Below the pieces are notes generated by a model. That model was not told the DNA's origin. It ran no database searches and saw nothing but the letters and a program-made list of their open reading frames with translations. A program made the position numbers and the translations under genes. Shown one piece after another: positions 24,291-37,627 of a stretch of 54,933 nt of DNA. Positions within the stretch are counted from its first letter, which is position 1. Each line of letters opens with the position of its first letter. Source of the stretch: Chiloscyllium plagiosum (Eukaryota); NCBI RefSeq assembly GCF_004010195.1, contig NC_057749.1, positions 6,106,637-6,161,569 of the forward strand. The letters are read 5' to 3'.

Positions 24291-24691
24291 AAGAAGGGTG
24301 TCATAATAGCTTTGTTCAAAAACTGAATCCCAAAAAAACATTTAGAAGAGTCAAAGAGGATAATTTTATTAAATTACTAATTTTCCTCATATCAGTAGAA
24401 ATGAACAAACAAAATGGCTGCAGATACAATTACAACATTTAAAAGACATTTGAACAGGAAAGGTTTGGAAGGACATGGGCCAGGAGAAGGCAGGTGGGAC
24501 TAGTTTAGTTTGGGATTATGTTCAACATGTTCTGGTTGGACCGAAGGGTGTGTTTCTGTGCTGTATATCTCTATGAAAGGGTAATATTGGGATAAAAGAA
24601 ATTAACAGACTAAATGTGCTTCACAAAGTGAGATCTAGCATTAACGTGTAACTGTCCTAACTACAGATAATTGGAGTACTTTAAATTTGAA

Positions 24692-24936
24692 AGTTAAAAA
24701 TCACACAACACCAGGTTATAGGATCAGTGGTGCTGGAAGAGCACAGCAATTCAGGCAGCATCCGAGGACAGGCAAAATCGACGTTTCGGGCAAAAGCCTT
24801 TCCAGCATCTGCAGTCATTGTTTTTACCAGGTTATAGTCTGGCACTGGTACCTCTAAATCATGGTTGGACTATAACCTGGTGTTGTATGATTTTTAACTT
24901 TGTACACCCCAGTCCGACACTGGCACCTCCAAATCA
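24692..24936 (+). mobile_element. Family B fold-back with a family A-like element nested inside (24722-24825)
   Basis: Inner element bounded by 12-bp TSD ACCAGGTTATAG (24710-24721; 24826-24837). Outer element ends CACCTCCAAATCA. Confidence 0.82.
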
Positions 24937-25650
24937 TTTAAATTGCATGTGGTGGGGATGAAGAAGAAATGAGCGATTTCCACATCTGAGGAGAATGAGA
25001 TTCAATCCACGGTTTGGGTCCATCGGTAGTTATTACAATAGCAATGAATAAGGAAATGGCTTTGGTCTCTTAAGATTCCCTTCATTATGAATAAATATAA
25101 AGTAGCTTATTCAGTGAGATCCTCCATGAATGAATAGATAATAGGCTGGTGGACTGGGATCCCTTTATCTGAATCAGAATCAACAAAAGGACCATTCTTG
25201 AGCAATCTATTGTGCTATAAGCACTGGTTTGAATTAGCCAGAGGGCATGTTGGTTGCAAAACACTTGAGTTTGAACTAAGATAAAGTGGGGTAGTACTGC
25301 TAGATACTGCCTGTTATTCTGTCTAATTTTTTTTGGTCTAATTTTCTGTTACTTCACTATAAACCACCTGATAATTGCTTTACTAGTCAATGGGAACAAT
25401 TTTTGAAAAGACAAGTGTCCTTAGTGACTTCCTTTTGTCTGGTTTTTTTGCAGTGTTTTTGCAAGCTATAATTAGTTGAATCTCTCTGTTTCCTTTCTGG
25501 CCTTTGATTTTAAAATTAAACTAAACTTCGAAAATATTTAAACTTCGCGTGTTCAGCACTCCTGTACCAATCCGGAAATCAGGCGTGAAGCTATAAGACA
25601 GCCAAAATCAGACGCCCAAATTCTAGAGATTCCCATCCTGCTTCATGTGT

Positions 25651-25838
25651 CTAGATTAGAGTGGTGCTGGAAAAGCACAGCAGGTCAGGCAGCTTCCTAG
25701 GAGCTGGAAAATCGACGTTTCAGGCAAAAGCCCTTCAGCAGGAATCTGCTCCTGGGATGCTGCCTGACCTGCTGTGCTTTCCCAACAGCACTCTAACCTT
25801 GACTCTAGTTTCCAGCATCTGCAGTCCTCACTTTTGCC
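25651..25838 (+). mobile_element. Fold-back PLE-derived insertion, family A
   Basis: Arms TTAGAGTGGTGCTGGAAAAGCACAGCAGGTCAGGCAGC and GCTGCCTGACCTGCTGTGCTTTCCCAACAGCACTCTAA; terminus TTTCCAGCATCTGCAGTCCTCACTTTTGCC. Confidence 0.82.
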
Positions 25839-25935
25839 ATTCTCCTTCATTCCAATGGGGTCTGACCCAACGTTGGGGGGATTTATACCAAGAGAGCAGC
25901 GTTTGGAGAGTGAAGGTACTCTGCATTAAGTGTGA

Positions 25936-26274
<339 letters not shown>

Positions 26275-26751
26275 TGAGAGGCAGATTCACCTCTTCCTCC
26301 ACAGCTTTTATTTCTAGCTTTTTCTCACCCTCACTGCCGTAAGAAATAAAGTATCAGGAAATACTTTCATGTCACACAGCTCAGAAATAAATGCTACTTA
26401 TGTTCAGGAAATCAAGGACGTTACACTGTTACCTGTGAATTTGCAAACATTTGTGCTTCCTTCAGCTGGTGTGACACTGAGGTATATCACGAGAAGAATC
26501 GTGCCTGAAAACAGCAATTTCTGGAACACCTTTCATGTGCCACATTGCTTTACTATTGAATATTTTCACCCCTCACTGTTGCAATATAGTGTAGCTGCCA
26601 ATCCATGTACAGCACGTTCCTATAACAGCTGTTTGGTAGTGACCAGATAATTTGCTTTCGTGATGTTGATTGTAGGTTAAGTATTATTGAGAATATAGGG
26701 AAGAGTAACTCACCTCCTTTTCTCCAAAATAATGCTGTGCTTTCTTTTAAG

Positions 26752-27131
26752 GTGGACAAGCAGGAGGCTGGAAGAACACAGCAAGCCAAGCAGCATCGGG
26801 AGGTGGAGAAGTTGATATTTTGAATGTAACCCTTCTTCAGCATTGGGGGTTGTTGTAAGGGGAGCTGCAGATAAAGGGGGTGAAGGGTGGGAGGGACAGA
26901 GTGGTGAGGTGAGGATAGGTCACTGCCACAGCACTGTGACCTCTTCAGCCTTCCAGCTTTTTGACCATACTTTATGTGCAGCTCCCCTTATACCCACCCC
27001 AGTTCTAAAGACGGGTTACCCCCAGACACTTCGACTTCTCCACCTCCTGATGCTGCCTGGCTTGCTGTGTTCTTCCAGCCTCCTGCTTGTCTACCTCGGA
27101 TTCCAGCATCTGCAGGTTTTTTTGTCTCTAA
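26752..27131 (+). mobile_element. Fold-back PLE-derived insertion, family C
   Basis: Arms GACAAGCAGGAGGCTGGAAGAACACAGCAAGCCA.. and ..TGGCTTGCTGTGTTCTTCCAGCCTCCTGCTTGTC; terminus TTCCAGCATCTGCAGGTTTTTTTGTCTCTA; TCTTTTAAG on both flanks. Confidence 0.8.
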
Positions 27132-27350
27132 CCAATGTCATCTTTTAAGCCCAGTTGAGAGAGTTGACGGGACCCAGGAAAACAGTTTAATAAAAGTAAA
27201 TCATAGTATTAGAGAACCTTGGAACTGCTCTGTCATCAGAGGGAGACAATTGGTGGTGAGTTTAACCCAAGGGTTACCACCCCTCAGATAACATTGAGAA
27301 GACAGAACTTTCATGGAGAGCTTGTCTGTATGTGACTTGAGCCCATACTA

Positions 27351-28216
27351 TTGGCATCCACAGAACACACCAGACGGTCTCCTTCTTTAAAGACCGTAAT
27401 TTCCCTTCCCACATGGCTGAAGGTGCCCTCCAACACATCTCATCCACGTCCCACACCTCTGCCCTCAAACCCCACCCTTCCAACCACAACAAGGATAGAG
27501 CCCACCCCCCCTCCCCTGCCACTGCAGGAATTGCAAAACCTGCACCCACACCTTCTCCTTCACCTCCATCTAAGGCCCCAAAGGAGCCTTCCACATCCAT
27601 CAAAGTTTCACTTTCACTCGCACATCCACCAATGTCATCTATTGTATCCATTGCTCCCGAGGCGGTCTCCTCTACATTGAGGTGACTAGACACCTTCTCG
27701 CAGAGTGCCTTAGGGAACATCTCCAGGACACCTGCACCAATCAACCCCACTGCCCCGTAACCGAACATTGCAACTCCCCCTTCCACTCTGCTGAGGGCAT
27801 GCAGGTCCTGAGCCGCCTCCACCGCCACTCCCTCACCACCCGACGCCTGGAGGAAGAACGCCTCATCTTCCGCCTCAGAACTCTTCAACCCCAGGGCATC
27901 AATGTGGACTTCACCAGTTTCCTTATTTCCCCTCCTCTGACCTTACCCCAGTTCCAACTTCCAGCTTAGCACCATCCTCAATACCTATCCTACCTGCCAA
28001 TCTTCCTTCCCACTTATCCGCTCCACCCTCCTCTCTGACCTATCACCTTCATCCACACCTCAATCCACCTATTGCACTCTCAGTTACCTTCTCCACCATC
28101 CCACCCCCATCCCATTTATCTCTCCACCCCGGAGGCTCTCTGCCTCATTCCTGATGAAGGGCTTTTGCCTGAAACGTCGCTTTTCCTGCTCGTCGAATGC
28201 TGCCTGACCTGCTCTG
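27351..28216 (+). mobile_element. Penelope-like retroelement 3' region with frameshifted GIY-YIG endonuclease
   Basis: Frames give TSTNVIYCIHCSRGGLLYI, LAECLREHLQDT..HCNSPFHS and RRLEEERLIFRLRTLQPQGINVDF, the PLE GIY-YIG signature. Followed by a C-rich 3' UTR and a hammerhead. Confidence 0.88.
28148..28180 (+). ncRNA. Minimal hammerhead ribozyme motif in PLE 3' end
   Basis: TTC-CTGATGA-A-GGGC(TTTT)GCCT-GAAA-CGTC-GC: intact core, stem II with a G-U pair, palindromic ACGT, GUC triplet; stem I weak. Confidence 0.72.
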
Positions 28217-28734
28217 ATCACTAACCAGTTGCCCAGCCAACTGAGCTAACCAAGTAACACAGTGACCACTGCTGTCATCTGACAGGGTCAGTTCTGATGT
28301 CTTACATGCTGTGGTCAGCAGTCAATGGCTACTGCCTCATGAGGTATTTGGCATCAAGGCTACCATACCAAAAATAATTGGAACTGTGGAAAGTATATGA
28401 ATTTATCTGTAGATGGCGATTTTAAATGTTGATGCTTTCAAGTTCATTATAATGTATTGGAATTGTGCACTCCATCCCACAATGACTTGTACCATTCCGA
28501 CACTGAGCAGAGGCAACAAATTAATCATATTGTAATGACAAGAACTGATGAAAATCCAAATTATTAAAACACATAAATACACATTTATTTAAATTCATTG
28601 GCTGGACTAGTCCATTATGGATAAAAGGAACTTATCCAGACATTGTGCCTCTTTTTTTTTTGAATTAAGGAAAATGTGAGTGACAATTGCATTCTCCATG
28701 TCAATCAATCAGCTCCCCTTCCTCATGCAGCATT

Positions 28735-29026
28735 AGTTAGAATCCCTAGTGTAGAAACAGGCCCTTCAGCCTAACAAGTCCACACCAACCCCCCGCCAAG
28801 ACCCATTCCCCTACATTTATCCCTGACTAATGCACCTAACCGACACATCGCTCGACGCTATGGGCTATTTAGCATGGCCAATTCACCCAACCTGCACATC
28901 TTTGAACTATGGGAGGAAGCCCACATAGACATGGGAAGAACATGCAAACTCCACACAGGCTGAAATTGAATCTGCGTCCCTTGCACTGTGAGGCAGCAGT
29001 GCTAACTACTGAGCCAATGTATCACC
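28735..29026 (-). mobile_element. HE1-type SINE inserted in the family D repeat
   Basis: rc HE1 head and core (GAGGCAGCAGTGCTAACTACTGAGCC). Confidence 0.85.
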
Positions 29027-29975
29027 CCATTATTGCTTCCTTGGAATTTGGCATTCCTGCATTTGTCCTGATAAGTACAAGATGAAAAACTTTGACAACA
29101 CGTCTCCTTTTCAGCAAAACTCAATTTCTGTATTGCAATCCATAAATTGTCATATTGATTAAAGCAGTCAATTTGCAAGAACCTGTTAAAGCCGGTGAAC
29201 TATAATTTTGAAAGCGTTAAATCCCTAAGCTACCATCTTTTCAATTCAGGCAGTGCTCAGAGGTTTGCAATCTTGAATCTAGACCTTTCATTTTTTAATT
29301 GCCAAAATTATGTTGCTCTTTACTTTTTTGTCGGCTGAATGAAGTAATGAGTTGAACAGATAATGGAAGGAGAATGACTGAAAGTCAGCCTGTGACCTAA
29401 TCAGTGGAACAGTCCTCTGAGAGTAGGAGAAAGCAATGTAAATTTGACAATATAATTGAAATCACAGAACATTATAATTTTAATAAGTAATCTGTTACTT
29501 GTCAGATTTTTAGATTATTCTGATAGTGATTTAACAGAGCTATTGTTAAAAGAAATCTTGGTGCATTTTAGTACTTTTTAAAGCGATGCAGAGATTATTG
29601 AGATTGCAACTGCAATAATTGAGTTGGAATTCATACTAAATAATTGCTGTTAGAAAATGTTCTTTTTAATCACGTAAAGAGGCACAGGGAACCTTACCAA
29701 GAGAGAGTTTACTAAGTTGATGTTATATTTTACATTTCTTGAAAAACAAAGTACTGCAGATGTTGGAAATCTGAAATTCTGAAATCAGAAAATGCTGAAA
29801 ATAGTCAACAGGTCAGTCAGCATCCGTGGTGAGAAGCAGGGTTAATGTTTCAGGTTGTCAAGCTTTCACTGGGGATATCGCTCCTACATTTCTTTGAAAT
29901 AGAAACAAGGGATTTTTATATCCACCCAAGCAGATAGGTTTCACATCTTATTGAAAGACAGTGCCTCCATCAGTA

Positions 29976-30410
29976 ATAGAAACATAGAAAATAGATGCAG
30001 GAGTAGGCCATCCGGCCCTTCAAGCCTGCACCACCATTCAATGTGATCATGGCTGATCATGCAGTCTCAGTATCCCACTCCCGCCCTCTCCCCATACCCC
30101 TTGATCCCTTTAGCAGCGAGGGCCACAACCAGGTCCCTATTGGATATACCTGGCCCCCACAACTTCAGGAAGAGAATTCCACAGATTCCCAACTCTCCGA
30201 GTGGTGAAATCCTTCCTCATCTCAGCCCTGAATGGCTTACCCTTTATTCTTATACTGTGACCCCTAGTTCTGGACTTCCCCCAACACTCAGAACATTCTT
30301 TCCACATTGCACCTGTCCAGTCCCAGCAGGATTTTATATGCTTCTGTGAGATCCCATCTCAATCTTCTAACGTTTATCAAGTACAAGCCCAGTCGATCCA
30401 GTCTTTCTTT
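29976..30410 (-). mobile_element. CR1 3' fragment
   Basis: ATAGAAACATAGAAA tail and rc of the same 3' UTR type as 1-978. Confidence 0.82.
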
Positions 30411-31211
30411 ATTTACTGGATTGTCAGCCTTGACGATTGCTCTGGACTATCAGATTGAGACTTGAATCCAGGACCTTGTGACTCCATGGCGAGAGTGAGG
30501 ACAACAATTATTAGTCCAAATAACAACGGGGCTAAATTTGCCTCCTCTTTTTTTGTTGTTTGTGAATATTGAAGCTAGATGGGCTGTTCGCAAATGAGCA
30601 AGAAATTCTTCTGATGATCTGACCATCATTTTCTCCTTTCACTTGCAATACGTTCTCCCTGTGGTGAGAGATCATTCACCTGAAACGTTGACAGTTTTAC
30701 CCTGCCCTGATGCTGCCTGACCTGCTGCATATTTCCAGCATTTTCAGCACCCACAGTTGTCTGCTTTCTGTGAGGTTGCCATTAGTTCATCTTACAGGGA
30801 TCTTGCATACAGTGGGCATAAAGGTCTGCTTGCAATGTGCTTCTGAGTGGTGTGATGTGGGAATAGGTAAAGACAGATCTTGTGTCTCAGTCAGCAATGT
30901 TCCCGCCTTTGAGCTAGCTGCTCTGGGTTGAAATTCTAATCTAAAATTTGTTGGCCAAGGAATGTGCATGAATAAGATGATCAAGCGGGTTAATATTCAA
31001 CCAGTGCACACAACCAACAGGCTGATGATCAGAGCAGGAGAGAAGCCCATCCTTCGGGTACAGTGATGTCTCTCAGAGTAAAGCCCCTTGTTTCTGTCTA
31101 GCAGAGAGTGATGCTTATAGTAGGGACTTTGGTAGGGAGTGGGCTGTGTAAATGACAATTCATTGCAGCCCCTTCACAGTTCTCGTCAAACTCAGGGCCA
31201 TATTATAAATC

Positions 31212-31400
31212 TAGGAGAGAGTGAGGACTGCAGATGCTGGAGATCAGAGTCAAAAAGTGTGGTGCTGGAAAAGCACAGTAAGGCAGGCAACATCCGAGGA
31301 GCAGGAGAGTCAACGTTTCATGATGCCCGAGATGTCGACTTTCCTGTTTCCCGGATGCTGCCTGACCGGCTGTGCTTTTCCAGCACCACACTTTTTGACT
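31212..31400 (-). mobile_element. Fold-back PLE-derived insertion, family A
   Basis: Arms AGTCAAAAAGTGTGGTGCTGGAAAAGCACAG and CTGTGCTTTTCCAGCACCACACTTTTTGACT; degenerate TSD TATTATAAATC/TACTATAAGTC. Confidence 0.83.
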
Positions 31401-31575
31401 TACTATAAGTCACCAACCTCAATCAGAAAAGGACACCACCAACCTTGTGAGGTTGCAGTTGACTCCCTGGGTGAGGAACAGACGTAGACACAAGAGGGGA
31501 AGTAAATCATTCTAAGTGTAAATTAATGGGAGTTCGCCACTGACGAGTCCATTTTCCAAGATGTTATGTTGCAGT

Positions 31576-32172
31576 CTCTGACACTCCAGGGAAAATAGCC
31601 CCTGTCTATTTAGCGCCTCCCGACAGCTCAAACCCTCCATCCCTGGCAACATCCTTGTGAATTATTCCTGAACCCTTTCAAGTTTCACAGCATCTTCCCT
31701 CAAGCAGGGACACCAGAATTCAATGCAGTATTCTAAAAGTGGCCTAACCAATGGCCTGTACAGCTGCAACATGACTTCCCAACTCCTGTACTCAGTAACT
31801 GGCCAATAAAGGCAAGCATACCAAATTTGTAAAATCATGAGAGGCATGGATAGGGTGAATAGTCAAGTTCTTTTTCCCAGGAGAAGTGTGTCCAAAATTA
31901 GAGGGTGTAGGTCAGATAGGAAAGATTTAAAAGTGACTTAAGTGGCAACTTTTTAACGCAGAGAATGACGTGTGTATGGAATGAGTCACCAGAGGAAGTG
32001 GTGGAGGCTGGTACAATTACAATATTTAAAAGGCATCTGGATGGGTAAATTAATAGGAAGGATTTGGAGGGATAAGAGCCAAGTGCTGGCTAGATTGACT
32101 TAGGATCTGGTCGGCATGGACAAGTTGGACCAAAGGTTCTGTTTCCACACTGTACATCTCTGTGACTGTATG
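31576..32172 (+). mobile_element. CR1 LINE with inverted 5' segment
   Basis: 31576-31825 is antisense CR1 (..VMLQLYRPLVRPLLEYCIEFW..ERVQ), joined directly to the sense CR1 3' part 31826-32172. Confidence 0.85.
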
Positions 32173-32917
32173 ACAATATAAAATGAGTATTGGAACATGC
32201 TGGAGATTGCAGATGATAGAAAAGGAGTTTTCTAGTAAGCTTTGCAACAGCATTTTGCTGCTGAATCTTTTCTCTTCCATTTCCTCCTCTACTTCTTTCA
32301 TAATTCCATTTAGTTGCTCGGAATGCTTTAAGCCAAGTGTTCCGGGCACCTCTTCAGGCCATTTGGAAGAATGGGCGAACCCAGTGGAATTGCACTGACA
32401 GGACAATTCTGTTGAAACAATGGAAGTGACACAAGCAGGTCAGACCACAAGGAGGGGACAGATGGCATCCACTTGCTCCAATTCCGGTCTCAAGTGTTGC
32501 CCGTGTGGAACTGGCTGAACAAGTTGCAGGTCAACTAGATGCAGAACATCTGCCAGGCAACCTCTGGCAAGCAATTTAATTCACAGCTTGATATTGGCTC
32601 CAGACAAGCTGCAAGTTCCATGTGAGGCTGAAAGGGAAAGGCACCCTCCTCTCTATTGATTCACTCTGCGTTCGCCACCCTTTCTTTATCAGTCAGAGTA
32701 ATGGATGCTCTTCAGAGGGTGGGTGCAGACTCGATGGGCTGAACGGCATCTTTCCACACTGTAGGGCTTCTATGAGAACTGTTAGACCAAAAGACACTGG
32801 AGCCATGGAAGGCCATTCAGCCCATCGAGTCTCCTCCACCATTTATTGAGATCATGGCTGATTTGATCATTGTCAACCCCACATTCCTGCTTTTTCCCTT
32901 CCTGATTAAACATCTGT

Positions 32918-33117
32918 GGTGCTGGTCAGACAGCATCCGAGGAGCAGGAGAGTCGATGTTTTGAGCATAAAATCTTCATCAGGAATGTGATGAAGGGCTT
33001 ATTCCTGAAACCTCGACTCTCCTGCTCCTCAGATGCTGCCTGACCTGCTGTGCTTTTTCAGCACCACACTTTTTTAACTCTGATCTCCAGCATCTGCAGT
33101 ACTCACTCTCTCCCAGT
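32918..33117 (+). mobile_element. Fold-back PLE-derived insertion, family A, inside a CR1 3' UTR
   Basis: Arms meet at ..CTTCATCAGGAATGTGATGAAGGG..; TSD TGATTAAA(C)ATCTGT at 32903-32917 and 33118-33131. Confidence 0.83.
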
Positions 33118-34751
33118 TGATTAAAATCTGTCTATCCTAGCCTTGAATATATCAAATGACTTAGTGCTGTGCCCAATCCATTAGCTCCTTCGCTTCCATG
33201 TATACAATGCCATCCAATCTGATTGATCAGGCAATCTTATTACCCCAACTTTTGCAGAGGCCGAAATATGCATTCATTCAAAATGCTAGTGGCCGCTGTA
33301 AATATTAACAATGCTTTTTTGTTTAGCCCTAATTTTCAGCTTCTCATATGTTTAAACCTCCTCATCATAGTTTGTTTGCAATTTCCCCCACCGTGCAAAG
33401 CGAGCTCACAATGCCAAGTCCAATCAGAGCTGGGAATTTGTCCATGTTGTGAAAACCATGCAGTTCCCACAGGATTAGTGTGGGGAGGTGCTGTGGAGGC
33501 AGAAGGGTCACCCCCTAACATTTGGAAGGGTTGATTAGCAGACATACTAAACCTGTGTATCCAAAATGGAGACCTGCACTCTTCAAGCTCAGACCTGTCG
33601 CTTAGATCAAAAGCAAAACTCACAGAGGTTAAGAGCAACAGATGCCCCTTACAGTGTGCACCAAGACACCAATGCAGTCGAACTGAAGCACTGACTGCTG
33701 TACTGTAGAATCCTGCAGCGAAGGAAACAGTACTGTAACTGGACCCAGATTGGATCAGAAACATAGCCTGTTTTGTATCTCATTCACATTAGTCAACGTA
33801 TATATTGTTGCACATTCGTGTTCCTTATTTTGCTAATAGATGTATCTGACTCGATAGAACAAACAGTAGCTGAGAAACTATTGGTAAAGATACAAGTGAG
33901 CAAACACTTGATGTGTTCCTGTTGTCCATTATTTAAACAGAGGAGCCAGTGCATTTAAAATAAGGTGATTAAATACTGCCTCTCAAAGCAGACAAATGAA
34001 TGTCAGGTGTTTGCGTTGAATTGTACAATGGCCTTTATCATCAATAACAATTTCCAGGCCATCGTCCCCTATAGATTTTCCGTGAAATAAATGTTTTCGT
34101 ACACTGACAATATACTGCCAGAGGTTTAGATCTCACTTCCTGAAGGAACGATGACAGAAACACAGGAAGACAAATGTTGCTTCCCTCAGGATAATTACAA
34201 CCCTTCAGAATGTTAAGCCTTATTAAAGCACTATGAATAGCATTCAGTTGCAAAGTTGTTTTTGACTTAATATATTCTCATTCTGCTGACGATCAAGGAA
34301 TAGAAAAATTATTGCAGCAACATAGCAGCTTAGAATCGGTACGAGAGTGGATGCTGTGTCAAACGAATCACCTGTATGTCTGATCTCCAACATGACACTT
34401 TCCATCTCCACATCTCTCTATTGCAATCCTGGTCATTCATTTCTTGTGTCTCCTCAGCTCTGAATATAGTTTTTCTGCATGTTTCAGGCTTCTCTTAATA
34501 TCCTCACTGTCAAATTGGGGACTTCTTGCAACATCCCCCTCTCCTAGATGCACAGTAGCAAACCAGGGCTTTTACCAGAAGCAAGTCATAGACCGCAGTT
34601 TGTGAAGTTCAGTCTGATACCACTCAGTCAAAGTTTCTTCATTCCAGTTCACTGATAATTCAAAAATGTTTGGATTCCGTTTTTCATATTGCATATTTCA
34701 AATAATTTGACTTCTTTTTGTCTAAGCCATGCATGCAATACCTGATCTTGT

Positions 34752-35145
34752 CATAGAATCATATCTCATGGACACAGACCCTTCGGTCTAATCAGTCCAT
34801 GCTGAACATAATCCCAAACTAAACTAGTCCCACCTGACACATATCCCTCTAAGTATTTCCTATTCATGTACTTATCCAAATATCTTTTAAACATTGTAAT
34901 CCACTAATTCCTTAGGATGTTCATTCCACACGCAAGCCACCCTCTGTGTAAAAGATTTGCCTCTTGTCTTTTTATTTTAAATTTCCCTCCTGTCACCTTA
35001 AAAATGTCCCCCCATGTCTTGAAACCCCCATCCTCGAGAAAAGACACCTAGCATTAATCCTATCAATACCTCTCATTATTTTGTCAACTTTTATCAGGTC
35101 GTCTCTCAGCTTTTTACACTCCGGTGAAAAAAGTCTCAGCCTTGT
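34752..35145 (-). mobile_element. CR1 3' fragment
   Basis: CATAGAATCATA tail; rc of the subfamily seen at 37035-37627. Confidence 0.8.
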
Positions 35146-36238
35146 CAAGAGCTTTTAAAACTAAAATAAAGGGAAAGTCACAATAGTCCTACCAGACCAA
35201 ACAGGTGCTCTTTTGTGGGGAGGGGGAACAGAGAGAGAGAGAGAAACAGAGAGAAACAGTTGTGGGTGGTTTAACCTAAGGGTCACCACGCCTCAGGCAA
35301 GGGAGTGTTTGAGATAGAGAATCCTTCATGATAACCTCATCTGGAACTGGACCCATACTGTTGGATCATTCTGCATCACAAACAAGTTGCCTAGCCAACT
35401 GAACTAACTGACCCATCCCAAGATAATGGTGTGGCAGTCCTACTGGACCATGGGGCTGATCTTTCATTAGAAAGAGATGACTGGGGTGGTTTAATGTGAC
35501 CGTTATTATACCTCAGGCGAGGCCGAGAGTTTGAGAAGGAGAGTCCTTCATGGTAACCTCAGATGGTGCAGAAGTTAGAATCATAGAGTCATAGAAATGT
35601 ACAGCATGGAAACAGACCCTTCAGTCCACACACAGTATGGACATCAGTCTGCATTGCAAACCACGCAGACAACACAGCAGAACTAACCAAAACCATCTTA
35701 ACTCCAGACTCTTATTTTACAGTCTAATTCATGCAACATTTAGATTTTTATATGCACGTTCTTCCTACCACCATGTCAGAACGATACCAGAACTTATTAA
35801 CTTTATTGCTGGTGTTGTTATTTGTACTGTGCTCTGATTTTTAAATCATCTTCAAATCTAAAATTCCTTACATTAATAATATGGTTAATGCAATTATTTT
35901 GTATTTTCAAAACACACCCACCCTGAACTACCTCCTCAATGTCCTCAACTAAATTTGGAAGTTGGAATACAGTAGATTTGGATGCTTTGGTCAGTATTTC
36001 TCCCTCAATCAACAAAAAAAACATGGATAAAAGGCAAATATCGCAGTTGGTGGAAATTTGAAACAAACAGAGAATGCTGGAGAAACTCAGCAGGTCTGGT
36101 GTTATTAGTGGACAGAGAAACAGAGTGGAAGTTTTGAGGTCCACTATTACTCTTCTTCTGAGCACTCTGTTTTTGTCACAAAATCAGATTATCTGGCCAT
36201 TATCACATTGCAAGTGGGAGCTTGCTGTGCACAGATTA

Positions 36239-36315
36239 ACAAGAGACAAAAAAAACTACAGATGCTGGAATCCAAAGTTGACAAGCAAGAGGCTTGCTGT
36301 GTTCTTCCAGCCTTT
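36239..36315 (-). mobile_element. Miniature (77 bp) family C PLE-end insertion inside a SacSINE1-like SINE
   Basis: rc terminus AGAGACAAAAAAAACTACAGATGCTGGAATCC plus a short opposite-strand piece GGCTTGCTGTGTTCTTCCAGCC; perfect 11-bp TSD TGCACAGATTA (36228-36238; 36316-36326). Confidence 0.78.
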
Positions 36316-37034
36316 TGCACAGATTAGCTGACAAGTTTCCAATAATAAAACAAAAACTCCATTTTAAATGGACTGCATTGGCAGTTCAAGGCATGAGAAG
36401 CTGTTCTAAGATGCAAGTCTTCCTTTTCCTTAACATGGAAACTACAGTGACTATAAACAAGGGTGTTTCATTCCCCATTGTAAACATCCTTCAACTTCAT
36501 AATGCCCATATTAAAAATCAAACCAGTCGAAAATGGCTTGTGAAGTTTGTCCGTACAAAAAGCTCTATTTTCTTTTGGACTTGTTCAACTTGCCTTGTGA
36601 AGATACAAATTAATAATAATACCCTACTTTCTTGACAGCAATACTGTCTAGGGACTGAGGCAGTCTGTGTTGGATACAGGTCATTAGTTAAGTAAATACC
36701 TGCAGTCATTACAGCAATACTCCAGTCATTATAACACTGCTGAATTTCAAAACTGTCCGTATTAAAAACAACGAAAAGCCAGTTTTACCTTGGGATTTTC
36801 AGATATAGTCCACCTAATGACATACAATGCAGATAAGGCACATACCTCTATTTCCATGGCTCGTTTTCCCTGGAACACGTTACTCACCCGTTACTGATCA
36901 GAAGTCTCTCTCATTGCGCATCAGAAGAATTTGCAGGTTAATTTTCAGCTGTTTTGTCCTGCTACAAATGCCTTTTTCCTGACCATCAAGTCCTGGAGTA
37001 GTATTTGAACCCACAGCTCCTTGCCTAAATTGCT

Positions 37035-37627
37035 CAGTCTTTTGAGTGTAGGAGTTGGGACGTCATGTTGAGGTTGTGAGGCCTCGTCTGGAATACTGTG
37101 TCCAATTCTGGTCTCCCAGTTAAAGGAAGAATATTATTAAGCTGGAGAGGGTTCAGAAGAGATTTACCAGGATGTTGCCGGGTATTGAAGGTTTGGGTTA
37201 TAAAGGAAGGCTGGATAGGTTGGGCCATTTTTCATTGAAGCACAGGAGGTTGAGAGATGACCTGATAGAAGTTTATTAAATAATGAGAGATAGGGTTGAT
37301 GGCAGATGACTTTTCTCTGGGATGGGGCATTTCAAGACTAGAGTCACATTTTTAAGGCGACGGAAGGAAGATTTAGAAAGGGCATGAAGGACAAATGTTT
37401 TACACAGAGGGTGGTTCGCATGTGAAATGAACTTCCAGAGGAAGTGGTGGATGTGGGTACAATTACAACGTTTAAAAGACATTCGGATAAGTACATGAAT
37501 AGGAAAGGTTTGGAGGATATGGGCCAGGAGCAGGCAGGCGGGACTAGTTTAGTTTGGGATTACGTTCTGCATGGACTGGTTGGACCGAAGAGCCTGTTTC
37601 TGTTCTGCATAACTTTACGACTCTGAC
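37035..37627 (+). mobile_element. 5'-truncated CR1 LINE
   Basis: GAATACTGTGTCCAATTCTGGTCTCC..GAGAGGGTTCAGAAGAGATTTACCAGGATG and 3' UTR. Confidence 0.87.

Noticed and set aside
32183..32560. Overlapping ORFs, possibly an old RTE C-terminus on the minus strand
   Set aside because: Resemblance too weak to call by eye; no splice signals or recognisable domain.
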